Shown here: in pieces, positions 20,645 to 30,790 of the stretch
Layout of the letters: each line of letters starts with the position of its first letter
Position numbering within the stretch: position 1 is the first letter of the stretch
The notes under the pieces: model-generated
Databases searched by the model: none
What the model was told of the DNA's origin: nothing
What the model saw: only the letters and a program-made list of their open reading frames with translations
Made by a program: the position numbers and the translations under genes
Source: Nitrospirota bacterium
GTDB lineage: Bacteria > Nitrospirota > UBA9217
Reading direction: 5' to 3'
Assembly: GCA_963737155.1 (NCBI GenBank)
Contig: CAVTRN010000002.1
Coordinates: 2,528,001-2,592,000 of the forward strand
Length of the DNA: 64,000 bases

Positions 20645-21784
20645 TCATGACCGGGACCGTGCTCTTAACCGATTCCTGAGGGAAGCACGGGAAAATATAA
20701 TATCTAGCCGCGCCAGCAGGCAATAGCTGAACCGCTCCTTCACCTTCTGGAAAAACGGGCGTTTCTGCCACTCGTCATAGGTAACACGGACCGATTGGGC
20801 CAAATCTGCTTCGAAATCGGCCCTCACTTTTGCCGCGAGCACCGTATCGTTCACGATAGCCACCAGTTCATAATTGAACCTTCCGCTCCGGATATCCAAA
20901 TTTGCTGAGCCGGCAATCACCGTATCGTCGGCGATTACGAGTTTCGAGTGCATCATGGAGGGAAGATACTCCCATATTTCAACGCCGCTACGGAGAAGCC
21001 TGCCGTAGAGCCCCCTGGCCGCCCAACGACTAATCGGCACGTCCGTATGCAGCGGCATCAGGAGTCTTACGCGCACACCTCGTCTCACGGCGCGCTTGAA
21101 GGCCCGCAGTATCCTTCCATGAGGATAAAAATACCCCATGGCAAGATCGATGCCGTCCACGGCATTTTCAATCGTTTGACGGTAGGCCCTGCGCACTGGC
21201 CGGGCCAGGTTGTCTGGTCCGCTTTCAAGAAACAGTATGCCGCTGTCGCTTTTCCCCTTTCGTCGGATGTTACGAAAACGTTCAATCAGTCTTCGGATCG
21301 GGGATTCTGCAATTCTCCACATATGGGAGAAAGAATTCTTCAATAAGGCGACCTCGGGGCCGGATATCTCAAGTACATTGTCGCGCCAGGGCGGTTGTGC
21401 GTGAGCCCCGCCATAGTATTCATCGGCGATATTGAGTCCGCCGGTAAACGCTACGCTATCATCGATAAGCAGAAGTTTTCGATGATTCCTGAAAGGCAGG
21501 AGCCCCTTAGTTAACGGACGAAACCAGTGCACTATGCCACCCGCAGTGCGCAACTCTTCCCAGAATGAGTCTGGCAGGTGCCAGGAACCCCAAGAGTCCA
21601 CGAGCACTCGCACAGAAACGCCTCGATTCGCGGCCTCGGTGAGATGACGACGGTATGCCCTCCCCGTTTCGTCATCCGCGATAACATACATTTCTAGCGC
21701 GATGAACAAGGCGGCCCGGTCAATAGCCGCGAACATCGCCGGGAATGCAGTTTCGCCGTTTTTGAGGAGGCGGACGGAGGTCAT
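20645..21784 (-). CDS. Cardiolipin synthase B-like phospholipase D
   Basis: Two HKD motifs (RNHRKLLLID; MMHSKLVIAD...GSANLD); no N-terminal TM helices. Confidence 0.88.
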   Translation of the reverse strand: MTSVRLLKNGETAFPAMFAAIDRAALFIALEMYVIADDETGRAYRRHLTEAANRGVSVRVLVDSWGSWHLPDSFWEELRTAGGIVHWFRPLTKGLLPFRNHRKLLLIDDSVAFTGGLNIADEYYGGAHAQPPWRDNVLEISGPEVALLKNSFSHMWRIAESPIRRLIERFRNIRRKGKSDSGILFLESGPDNLARPVRRAYRQTIENAVDGIDLAMGYFYPHGRILRAFKRAVRRGVRVRLLMPLHTDVPISRWAARGLYGRLLRSGVEIWEYLPSMMHSKLVIADDTVIAGSANLDIRSGRFNYELVAIVNDTVLAAKVRADFEADLAQSVRVTYDEWQKRPFFQKVKERFSYCLLARLDIIFSRASLRNRLRARSRS

Positions 21785-21854
21785 ACCATAACACTATCAT
21801 AGACGGATACCGAGTTTACGCTCGCGTTATCCATGCCCTGCCTTGACAACGACA

Positions 21855-22328
21855 TCAGACAGCCTCGAACGTGTAATCCACCTTCATTTTCATGTCTTTC
21901 CTGAGGGTGTGATACACGGAGCAGTATTTCTCATGAGACAGGGATATCGCCCGTTCAATCTTTTTTGCGGTAAGTCCCGTGCCGGTAACAGAGATGACCA
22001 TCTCCATGGAGGTGTAATATTGGGGCGGCGTGGGGTTTCGTTCGCCCATGATATCCATCTTGTAGGTTTTGATTTCACACTTCATTTTTTTCAGAAATGA
22101 AACCATGTCGATCGCCATGCACCCTGCCACGCTCAGGAGCAGCGTTTCCGTCGGGGAGCATCCCCATTGCTGCTGGGCATCGTATTCTACCTCGTATCCG
22201 CGGTTTGTGCGGCCGAGGAAGATCAATTCCTTGTCCCAGGTGAGGGTTGCCTTATTCACCTGCGACACTTTCGATTTATACACATCGAGTGATTCTTCAA
22301 GTTCCTTCATTTCTTTATCTTCCGCCAT
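21855..22328 (-). CDS. OsmC/YhfA family protein
   Basis: 'SPTETLLLSVAGC' and 'AISLSHEKYCSV'. Confidence 0.88.
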   Translation of the reverse strand: MAEDKEMKELEESLDVYKSKVSQVNKATLTWDKELIFLGRTNRGYEVEYDAQQQWGCSPTETLLLSVAGCMAIDMVSFLKKMKCEIKTYKMDIMGERNPTPPQYYTSMEMVISVTGTGLTAKKIERAISLSHEKYCSVYHTLRKDMKMKVDYTFEAV

Positions 22329-22412
22329 AGAACTCTCCTTCAATGTCCAAGATGGGACTTTGGAGCTTCGCTGGGGCATCGCATATATAGCTATCCCCAT
22401 GCGCCCGATCCT

Positions 22413-22742
22413 TTATTTTTCCCAGAATTTTTCCCGCAAGAATGCTAGCGCCTCGCTCTCCCTGCCGACTTCAACTTTCAGGACATAAGTCTTGATAGCG
22501 GCAGGCTCTAGCCCTAGGGAAAATGAATCGAAGGTTGCCCTGACCCCACGCGACCCGAGATAGGCCACCAGGTCCAACATGACCGAATCGTCGAACCCCC
22601 TGCCTGTATCTCCCCGAAGCACCTCAATGTATTCGATGTCTTCCTCTGCCGCAGGTTCCTCGGCCGATCCTTTCTTCCAAACGTCGCCGTAATCCCAGCC
22701 CGATTCATCCTTACTGTCGTCATTATCCCGTTTCATGATCAA
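22413..22742 (-). CDS. Hypothetical acidic protein
   Basis: Intact ORF with TTGACA-N17-TAATAT directly upstream; start could be 22742 (TTG) or 22736 (ATG). Confidence 0.6.
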   Translation of the reverse strand: MIMKRDNDDSKDESGWDYGDVWKKGSAEEPAAEEDIEYIEVLRGDTGRGFDDSVMLDLVAYLGSRGVRATFDSFSLGLEPAAIKTYVLKVEVGRESEALAFLREKFWEK

Positions 22743-23035
22743 TATTAATATTAAAGGAGAGGCCGAGTACTGTCAAATAAAAAATTCTGTTTGCTCGTTC
22801 CCGTTGCAGTGAACGAAATAAAGTCATCCCGATTGCCGCAAGATTTTCATAAACTGCGTTATAAAACTGTTTGTGGCCGTCTGTTCTCTCTCGTCTTGTC
22901 GTAATAAAAACTCTGCAAACACACAGGCTGCTGAAGAGGCCCTGATAAAATACTCAACCTAGAGAAAAGTCGGTCCCGTTGACATCCCGTTGGCATGCGT
23001 GTTGACAAGGTATTTCACATCAGATACAATTTGGT

Positions 23036-23239
23036 ATGATTGACACTATTTCCTTTCTTGCCGGTCTTAGTTTCAGCCTTCTGGTCTATGTGCTCTCCAT
23101 TAGGCCCTTGAAGGAGTCAGCATTCAGAAAGTTCGTTTATTTCTTTTTTACGCTAATTGGGATAACAGGAAGCCTGTTTCTCTTCGGGGTTCTGAGCGCC
23201 CACTTCCTGCGAAAACTCGGTTGGTGTCAATTAAAGTGA
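23036..23239 (+). CDS. Small two-TM hypothetical membrane protein
   Basis: Two hydrophobic segments; TTGACA(23002)-N17-TACAAT promoter ends 5 nt before the ATG. Confidence 0.55.
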   Translation: MIDTISFLAGLSFSLLVYVLSIRPLKESAFRKFVYFFFTLIGITGSLFLFGVLSAHFLRKLGWCQLK

Positions 23240-24034
23240 TTTAAGTTTACCGCCGATGTACGAGATCCATGAATGCCTGATGTATGCACGCTTCAATGGG
23301 TTTTTATTACGGCAGCCGAAGAAGACCAGCATGATTCCTGCCAAGAATAGCTGGAGCACACCATATCCTTCAAGACGCGGGAAACTATGATGCCGTCATC
23401 GCGTATAGCTGCGCAGATGCCACGGAGAAAGGCGCCGTTGATACGGCAGGGCTGGTTCTGATACAACGTCTTGATCATACGTACAACGAACTCGGCGTCA
23501 ACAACAGCGAGACTTTGACGACATCGGGTCTTACCGTTTACATGACCTCTCTCGTCAGATTGTCAATGAAAACACGCTGAATGACCTGGAGCGCTCATCC
23601 ACGAATACAGCGATATATCAAACACATCGGATTTGTAACCGGTCGCCCACTTCTATCTGAGCCTTGTCGACTCGATAAAAGCCTAATCCCTCATTTAGTT
23701 CGAAATTACTGACGTTACCGGGACACTGAAACGACCTGCGACATCAATTCAAATGCTGAAACGGCCGTGTTACGACGCTGAGTTGCAGCTTTTCGATGTA
23801 TGGACATCAGTAATGGATCTCCGGGTCGGCATGTATGAGGATTATCCGACACTGGTTGTGGATTTGCGTTTGTTTCCATGTTTCCATATTCCGTGTATAC
23901 AGAGGAAATCGGCGCCTATGCCGGTCAGGACAAGAATAATAGGTAGCTTTCAACGGTGAACATAGGGTGGTAAAGAATCATGTGTGCAGACACAATGAGG
24001 CCTGCTCTTGTCGATAGGAGCAAGCTTGATTATT

Positions 24035-24421
24035 TCAATCACACATCTCCGACAGAGAGTCCCTAGCCGCATCTCTCACTCCAGGGTTCCTGTCTTTCAG
24101 GCTTTCCCGCAGCGCATGTACTGCTTCTTTGTCTTTAATGATGCCAAGCACTGATGCGGCATCTCCCCGGATCGTCGGGTTTTCGTGATGGAGCAACCCG
24201 ATAAGTCCCGGAACGGCGGCCCGCAACTCCCACCGATGCTCTTTAACCAGTTCTTCAACCAGTGCCGTCGCTCCCAATCGCACCCTGATGTTATCGCTGC
24301 CTAGCATGTCGGCGATGAACGAGTACAATGTCGAATCCTGTTTGAACAGGGCAATGATGTTGTCAAGAAATCCCCTCCCCATGTAGTCGACAAGCATTTC
24401 CTTCATTTCCGCGTCGCTCAT
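24035..24421 (-). CDS. HEAT/PBS-lyase repeat protein
   Basis: Repeats 'D.IRVRLGA', 'ENPTIRGDAASVLG' and 'DRNPGVRDAARDSL'. Confidence 0.8.
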   Translation of the reverse strand: MSDAEMKEMLVDYMGRGFLDNIIALFKQDSTLYSFIADMLGSDNIRVRLGATALVEELVKEHRWELRAAVPGLIGLLHHENPTIRGDAASVLGIIKDKEAVHALRESLKDRNPGVRDAARDSLSEMCD

Positions 24422-24496
24422 AGATGATTCATTAAAGCCGGCAAAGCGCCGATCCCCTCTTGTCTTCCCCGTAGTGTGGCGATTTAATATCTGCTT

Positions 24497-25135
24497 TCAA
24501 GCTTGGGCCTTCTTTTCTTTGAGAATATTCTTCACCCGCTTCAGTCTATAGAAAGATTCCCGCTCCCGCTCTCCTATATACTGTGTAATGGATTTTATCT
24601 CTAGCTTCAAACCCGGCAACACCATCTCTTCAAGCACCTTGATTCGCCGGGTAGTATGAACGATCTCCTCACTGAGGCGTTTGAGCTTGCTCTCATATTC
24701 GGCGAGATGAAGCATGAATTCCAGCAGCTTTTCAAAAAGCCCCGCGCTTTCCTCAAGGTGCGGCGTCGTTCCCCGTTCGTCGTAGCCCCGCTTGTCCGCA
24801 GCCCTCATCGGCACGTCGTGAAAGAGAAGATCCTTGTATCGCAGGCCCCAGATGCTTTTTTCGATTACATCTATTCCAAACTCTCGCTCTGTCGCCTTGA
24901 CAATCGATTCGACGGTATTTCTCCCTTCACGGCCAAGCGTGATTGCCAGTTCCCGAATCGCTTTTCCGTATGACTGCCTGATCTCCTCCCGGGAGCGGAG
25001 GAATGGCAAGGTGGCGGCGAGAAACTCCTTGATCAGCGCCTGTTTCCTCGCCTTGAGAATTCCAATGCTATTCACCACAGACCGGGCCTTGTCCTTCAAG
25101 AGCAGCAGGTTAGTGCGGGTCGGATGGATCATCAA
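24497..25135 (-). CDS. atpD: A/V-type ATPase subunit D
   Basis: 'PTRTNLL', 'TTRRIKVLEE..LP' and 'ERERESFYRLK'; operon position. Confidence 0.93.
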   Translation of the reverse strand: MMIHPTRTNLLLLKDKARSVVNSIGILKARKQALIKEFLAATLPFLRSREEIRQSYGKAIRELAITLGREGRNTVESIVKATEREFGIDVIEKSIWGLRYKDLLFHDVPMRAADKRGYDERGTTPHLEESAGLFEKLLEFMLHLAEYESKLKRLSEEIVHTTRRIKVLEEMVLPGLKLEIKSITQYIGERERESFYRLKRVKNILKEKKAQA

Positions 25136-25153
25136 ATTGCCTCAACAAAGTAC

Positions 25154-25254
25154 AGTTCAAAGTTCAGCGTCCAGAGTTCATAATAGACGGTAGCGGTAAG
25201 AGACAACGATTATTACGATGAGTATGTTGATGTTTTTCAACTCTGAACTCTGAA
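25154..25254. repeat. Intergenic element with inverted heptamer arms (copy 1, atpB-atpD gap)
   Basis: Left arm GTTCAAAGTTCAG..TCCAGAGT, right arm ACTCTGAACTCTGAA; same arms at 59841-59932. Confidence 0.6.
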
Positions 25255-25266
25255 GCCAATTTTTCT

Positions 25267-26598
25267 TCATACCACCACTTCAAGCAAAAATTTTTTCATG
25301 AGCGCCACTCCCGCATCGAGTGTTTCGACCACGGTCCGTTTGGTCATTCCTTGTCCCACAAAATCCCGTTCAAAAGCATCAGCAAAATCGAGCATGAGAA
25401 TGTCCGCCTGGGTCATGCCATCCCTGCCCACGATAGCTTCAAGCCTGCGCAGATCCCGGCCCTTTGCATAATATTTGTAGAGATAGTTTGAGATTTTCCT
25501 GTGGTCAGAGCGCGTATGCCCTTCGCCAATCCCTTTCTGCATCAACCTAGACAGGCTCGGAAGCACGTCAATCGGTGGGAATATGCCTTTCTGGTGGAGT
25601 TCCCGGGAGAGTACGATCTGGCCCTCGGTTATGTAACCGGTCAAGTCGGGAATAGGATGAGTAATATCGTCTTCGGGCATAGTCACGACCGGCAGCATGG
25701 TGATCGAACCTTCCTTCCCGTAAATCCTTCCCGCCCGTTCGTAAAGCGACGCAAGGTCGGAGTACATATAGCCGGGGTAGCCACGCCTTCCGGGCAACTC
25801 CTCGCGGGCAGTGGATATTTCCCTCAGGGCATCGCAATAGTTCGTCATATCCGTAATAATGACAAGAATATCCATGTCCTTTTCAAAGGCAAGGTATTCA
25901 GCAACGGTCAGTGCGAACCGTGGGGCAAGAAGCCGTTCCATGACCGGTTCGTCAGCCATATTCACGAAAGCCACGAATCCCGTCTTCATTTCCTCCAGCA
26001 CTTTCAAATAAAAGGCATATTCGTAGAAGGTTAAGCCGAGCGCCGCGAAGACCACGATGAATTTCTTCGAACTATCCGCAAGGCGGGAATTCCTCAGAAT
26101 GGCGGCTACCACCTCCTTTGATGGCAGACCCGCTGCGGAAAACACAGGGAGCTTCTGGCCCCGGACGAGCGTATTCAGACCGTCGATCGCCGAAAAACCG
26201 GTCTCGATGAAATCCGCAGGCCGCGCGCGTGCCGACGGGTTGATCGGAGACCCGGTTATCGGCTTCAGCATTTCAGGGATGAACATTGGCGCGCCATCCT
26301 TGGGCTCGAAGGATCCGTTGAAAATCCTTCCCACAATGTCCGCCGACAGAGGCACCTTCTTTATGGCATCGGTGAATGATACGGACGTCCGCTCAACGTC
26401 AAGGCCCTGTGTGCCACCGTAGGCTTCGATGAGCACCGTGTCTTCATCGATTTCGAGTACCTCGGCTTCCATGTCCCGGCCATCGGGTGTATGGATCGTC
26501 ACGACCTCCCCGATCCTTGCGCTGAAAACTTTCTGCACGAACAGGAGTGGACCGGCTACGGTTGATATAGTGCGGTATATATGTTCTGAAAGTCGCAT
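25267..26598 (-). CDS. atpB: A/V-type ATPase subunit B
   Basis: 'GQKLPVFS', '[26 protein letters not shown]' and '[16 protein letters not shown]'. Confidence 0.96.
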   Translation of the reverse strand: MRLSEHIYRTISTVAGPLLFVQKVFSARIGEVVTIHTPDGRDMEAEVLEIDEDTVLIEAYGGTQGLDVERTSVSFTDAIKKVPLSADIVGRIFNGSFEPKDGAPMFIPEMLKPITGSPINPSARARPADFIETGFSAIDGLNTLVRGQKLPVFSAAGLPSKEVVAAILRNSRLADSSKKFIVVFAALGLTFYEYAFYLKVLEEMKTGFVAFVNMADEPVMERLLAPRFALTVAEYLAFEKDMDILVIITDMTNYCDALREISTAREELPGRRGYPGYMYSDLASLYERAGRIYGKEGSITMLPVVTMPEDDITHPIPDLTGYITEGQIVLSRELHQKGIFPPIDVLPSLSRLMQKGIGEGHTRSDHRKISNYLYKYYAKGRDLRRLEAIVGRDGMTQADILMLDFADAFERDFVGQGMTKRTVVETLDAGVALMKKFLLEVVV

Positions 26599-26674
26599 AG
26601 TGAACCTCAAAAGTCAGAGGACATCTGGCATGTAACAGACACTGTGTGTGTTTTAAATCCTCACCCCTCTTTCC

Positions 26675-28303
26675 TTATTTCTCCCCCTCTGCTTTTATTG
26701 CATCGTCCAGCATCATCCCTTCTTTTATTTTCCCTAATGCCCGGTCGTGGTCTTCAACGATGCTCTTGATGAGAGCCAGCGTTTTTTCCGGCGGCGAAAA
26801 TCCATCTTCGCTGTAAGCATTCTGCTGAAGAAACTCCGTCCGTATGCGCTCTGCCGTATGCATCAGCAGTCGGTCCGCATCCTGCAGTCCTTCCGCGCCC
26901 ACGATTTCCGCCACTTCCCTGAGCGATTCCTCCTGCTGAAGAACCTGCCGACACCGAGCCAGCATTGCATCCCATTCCGTGGATATTTTTCCCCGATAAT
27001 GGGCGGCAACCTCTCCGGCGTAGAGCGAATAGCTCTGAAACCAGTTGATAGCAGGGTAGTGCCTGCGGTGTGCCAGTGAAGTGTCGAGCATGAGAAACGC
27101 GCCGGTGGTTCTCAGGCAAGCCTGCGTAACGGGCTCGGTAAAATCGCCGCCTGGCGGAGATACCGATAGAATCATGCTGAGCGATCCGATCTTGCCACTC
27201 AGGGTTTCCACAACACCCGCTCGCTCCATAAAGCCGGACAGTCGAGAGGATAGATAGGTCGGGTATCCTTCTTCTCCCGGCATTTCCTCGAGCGAGGCCG
27301 AGATCTCTCGAAGCGCCTCGGCCCAGCGAGAAAGGCTGTCCGCAAGGAACAGCACATGATATCCCATATCACGGTAGTACTCAGCCATGGTGACGGCCGT
27401 ATAAATAGAGGCCTCGCGGGCGGCAACAGGCATATTAGACGTGTTGACCACGAGAACGGTACGATCCCGAAGCGGCCGTTTTGTCCAAGGATCCCGCAAT
27501 TCCTCGAATTCAGCGATCATGTCCGCCATTTCGTTGCCGCGCTCTCCGCATCCAACGTAGACCACAATGTCGACATCAGCGAATTTCGCCACTGACTGTT
27601 CAAGGATGGTTTTCCCGGTGCCGAAGCCGCCGGGAAAAATCGCCGTCCCGCCCCGAGCCAAGGGGAAGAGAAAATCGATGCTTCGCTGGCCCGTGATGAG
27701 CGGATCGACAGGCGCCAACTTCCTTTGGAAGGGTCTTGCTATGCGCACTGGCCACTCATGACAGCCGGGAATTTCCATCCCATTGGAGTAATCGCCGAGC
27801 GGTTCATCAAGGCTGATACTTCCGGCAACAATCCTAGCTATGGTCCCGGACTCGTTGGGCCCGCTCATGATGGAATGCTGGAACTGTCCCTCCTGAACCG
27901 TCCCGAGGACCTGCCCGGGACGGACTACATCGCCGTTTTTTAGCACAGGAGCGAATTCCCAGCGCTTCATGTAATCAAGGGCATACATCTCCCTGCTCCC
28001 CGTTATGAAGGGCCCCATTTCTTCCTTGAGCCGTTCAAGAGGACGCTGAAGACCATCGAACATACCGCCGAGGAGGCCAGGCCCCAATCGTACCGTAAGC
28101 GGCATCCCCACACCTTTTACCGGCTCGCCTGCCGCAAGGCCGCGTGTGTCCTCGTAAACCTGAACCACAGCCAGATCCTTTTCTATCCTCACCACTTCCC
28201 CCGTGAGCATGGCATGCCCCACATAAACGCGTTCGTACATTTTGAGCCCTTTTAGATCGACGCTCACGGTAGGTCCTGATAAGCCCAGTATCTTTCCGAT
28301 CAT
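26675..28303 (-). CDS. atpA: A/V-type ATPase catalytic subunit A
   Basis: Walker A GGFGTGKT, 'GCGERGNE', 'NTSNMPVAAREAS' and 'EMPGEEGYPTYL'; start placed at MIGKILG. Confidence 0.96.
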   Translation of the reverse strand: MIGKILGLSGPTVSVDLKGLKMYERVYVGHAMLTGEVVRIEKDLAVVQVYEDTRGLAAGEPVKGVGMPLTVRLGPGLLGGMFDGLQRPLERLKEEMGPFITGSREMYALDYMKRWEFAPVLKNGDVVRPGQVLGTVQEGQFQHSIMSGPNESGTIARIVAGSISLDEPLGDYSNGMEIPGCHEWPVRIARPFQRKLAPVDPLITGQRSIDFLFPLARGGTAIFPGGFGTGKTILEQSVAKFADVDIVVYVGCGERGNEMADMIAEFEELRDPWTKRPLRDRTVLVVNTSNMPVAAREASIYTAVTMAEYYRDMGYHVLFLADSLSRWAEALREISASLEEMPGEEGYPTYLSSRLSGFMERAGVVETLSGKIGSLSMILSVSPPGGDFTEPVTQACLRTTGAFLMLDTSLAHRRHYPAINWFQSYSLYAGEVAAHYRGKISTEWDAMLARCRQVLQQEESLREVAEIVGAEGLQDADRLLMHTAERIRTEFLQQNAYSEDGFSPPEKTLALIKSIVEDHDRALGKIKEGMMLDDAIKAEGEK

Positions 28304-28367
28304 AAGAAATATTTTCCTTAGATGCCTGTTCTGGTATCGTTGCACATCTCATCAAAGGGATTCGATG

Positions 28368-28688
28368 TCATATCTTAAGCCTTACATGATATCCGATCGC
28401 TCTTCTGATGAGGCGCGCCGCATAATCCTCGACTTCAAAGAGAGACTTCACAGGGGACGGAAGCACCAGGAGAATCCCGTGCCAGATATTTTCAAGCTCG
28501 CGAAGCCGGTCCTCCGCCATGCCGGAGATCAGGCGTTCCTCAATGATGACGAGTCCATTCTCGGCCTCGGCCATAAGCTTTTTAAGGGTCTCCTCTGCTT
28601 CATTAGTATTCACCACATGCTGCGAGACACCGCTCAGACCGAACCCATACTTCACGTCAGGAGGCGTTAAAAAGGCTACCTTCTTCAT
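28368..28688 (-). CDS. A/V-type ATPase subunit F
   Basis: 'GFGLSGV' and C-terminal 'LIRRAIG' motif. Confidence 0.9.
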   Translation of the reverse strand: MKKVAFLTPPDVKYGFGLSGVSQHVVNTNEAEETLKKLMAEAENGLVIIEERLISGMAEDRLRELENIWHGILLVLPSPVKSLFEVEDYAARLIRRAIGYHVRLKI

Positions 28689-28904
28689 CAGGGTCTCCCC
28701 AGGATCGGCAGCACCATACTAAATAGTAACCACTGAAAGCGCAGAGAAAACCGATATATCAGGAACGACTCTATATCCCGGATTTCCTTCCGCTCCTGCC
28801 TATTTCCTGTTCCGTACGATTCCATCCATCGCCTGATCCGCATTTTCAGCTTTCACTGCGCCCCCTATTCTTTTACGGAATTGGCTCCCCATCTCGCGCC
28901 ATCA

Positions 28905-29873
28905 TCAGGGTTGCACGATTTCAGCCGCGATTGTCTCCCGCTCAAGATCTCTTCCGTAATAGAGTTCACGCAGATTCATTGCTTCAATCGAACAGCGCCA
29001 GAGATAATCAAGAATAAGACCCACACCAAGGGGGTCTTTTCCGGCTTTCCTCAGCCACCGTGTCATGCCCCGGTATAACGCTAGTTCTACGGATGTCGGG
29101 TCGGGCCGCTCAACGGGAATGCCGGTCAGCTCCTGAATTAGAGCACCCGCTTTATCGAGGTCGTCAGACCCGGCCAGTCCCAGCAGCCTTGAATCGGGGA
29201 TGGCGCCGCCGGGAATAAAGAACGGATGTGTACTCAAGTCTAATCTCAGAAATTTGTAAAGACTCATGGCGTTTCGGGCGTCTATGAGCCGAATAAAGAA
29301 ACCTTTCATGAGCGGATGGAGCTTTGATCCGGCCGTCTCAGCGAGATATCGTTCCGTGAGCTGTTGCTCAACACCGCGCATGCCTTCACTTGCCAGAATT
29401 GCAACGAGCCCTGCATACCGCGGTGAAAGCAAAGAAAAAAGTCTTTCGATCTCGGTGACGGCAATTTTTACGTCTGCGCTCTCCAGCAAGATGTCCTTCA
29501 TGGCATCGGACAGCAGACTGGTGTCGAGCAGTTCATCAAGTACTCCCGCTTTTTTGTCCTTAATATGCCTGAGACAAATGAAAATGGTCCTGAACTCTGA
29601 ATAGAAGAAAAAAGGACCGAAAATCTCACGGAGCCAAAGGTTCATCTGCTCATAAACCCAGCGGTATTCCCGCACGAGATCTGCACCAATAGAGTCAGGC
29701 GATTTTCCCTTGAACAAACCGTCCGGCAGTGAGACCGTTGCCGCGTCAAACAGCCCTGCATCAAAGGTCAGGCGTTTCCAGTCCCTAATGAGCCGGGACC
29801 TCCTCCCCTTGATCCTGACCAAGAGATAGTCCACGGGATATCCCTGGTCAGCGGGACTGCACAGAAGTTCCAT
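28905..29873 (-). CDS. A/V-type ATPase subunit C (d)
   Basis: 'YLLVRIKGRRSRL', 'IDARN' and 'EAMNL'; position between E and F; GGAGGT RBS before 29873. Confidence 0.85.
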   Translation of the reverse strand: MELLCSPADQGYPVDYLLVRIKGRRSRLIRDWKRLTFDAGLFDAATVSLPDGLFKGKSPDSIGADLVREYRWVYEQMNLWLREIFGPFFFYSEFRTIFICLRHIKDKKAGVLDELLDTSLLSDAMKDILLESADVKIAVTEIERLFSLLSPRYAGLVAILASEGMRGVEQQLTERYLAETAGSKLHPLMKGFFIRLIDARNAMSLYKFLRLDLSTHPFFIPGGAIPDSRLLGLAGSDDLDKAGALIQELTGIPVERPDPTSVELALYRGMTRWLRKAGKDPLGVGLILDYLWRCSIEAMNLRELYYGRDLERETIAAEIVQP

Positions 29874-30438
29874 CGGACACCTCCCGGTAAACATCTTTGA
29901 CCAGGAGCGGGATCAATTCGTTCCATGCCCGCTCAAGCCTTTTCTCGAGAGTATTGATAACTCTGACCGTACTGTCGGCCACTGCTGCGTCCACTCCCCC
30001 GGCAATGTTCTCCACGGGGATGATTTCAGCGTTGGGGAAATATTTTCGCGCCATGCTGAGATCGGCCGGATTGACGCGTACGAGTTTCCAGGGAAAAGAG
30101 GGCAGTTCAAGCGCCAACTTTTCAAATACCGCCGGATAGCCGTTGTCCCGAAGCAGGTGAAGTGAAGAACAGGCAATTGAGTAGAGGCGATCGGAAAGTG
30201 CTTTTTCCGCCTCCAGTCGCACTCTCCTGGCGTGATTGCCCGCCTCAGCCAGAGCGCGAAGCGTCTCATCTCCTTCCGCGGAGATTAGTTTGTCTGCGTA
30301 GTGTTTGCGCAGTTCTTCGATCTTTCCAGCCACGGCCGCCTGCAGAACTTTTGCCTCCTGCTCGGCTTCTTGCCGGATAAGACGGACCTTCCCCTCGCCG
30401 GCAAGCCGTAGCGACTCAATCAACGCCCGGGAGCTCAT
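29848..30438 (-). CDS. A/V-type ATPase subunit E
   Basis: Coiled N-terminus and 'GGV...INTLEKRL' C-terminus; position after K. Confidence 0.85.
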   Translation of the reverse strand: MSSRALIESLRLAGEGKVRLIRQEAEQEAKVLQAAVAGKIEELRKHYADKLISAEGDETLRALAEAGNHARRVRLEAEKALSDRLYSIACSSLHLLRDNGYPAVFEKLALELPSFPWKLVRVNPADLSMARKYFPNAEIIPVENIAGGVDAAVADSTVRVINTLEKRLERAWNELIPLLVKDVYREVSDGTSVQSR

Positions 30439-30440
30439 CG

Positions 30441-30665
30441 CTATTTCACCGTGAACAGGATCATCGTCGCCACAACGAAACCGAGAATAACCATAGTCTC
30501 GGGGATGGCAACGAGGATCACGATCGTACCGGTGAGTTCCGGTTTTTCGGCCAGAGATCCGGCGCCTGCAGCGCCGATCTTTGACTGGGCCCATGCCGTC
30601 GCAAGGGCGGTGAGACCGATTGCCAAGGCTGCGCTCAACGCGATAAATGCCTTTTCATAATTCAT
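30441..30665 (-). CDS. A/V-type ATPase proteolipid subunit K (c), single hairpin
   Basis: 'AQSKIGAAGAG..AEKP' and 'AIPETMVILGF' with the conserved Glu. Confidence 0.93.
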   Translation of the reverse strand: MNYEKAFIALSAALAIGLTALATAWAQSKIGAAGAGSLAEKPELTGTIVILVAIPETMVILGFVVATMILFTVK

Positions 30666-30790
30666 ATAGACCTCCCTTTTACTATTTTTTTAAGTAATAA
30701 TGGTTTCTCACAATGTCGTTATTTCCGCTTTTCGGGAAGTAAACCAGCCTACCATTAATTCAAGGGCATCATTCCGCATCTTCAAAAGCA

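Noticed and set aside
23240-24030. Short ORFs 23293-23478 and 23753-23959
   Set aside because: No motifs or convincing RBS; probably decayed or non-coding sequence I cannot assign
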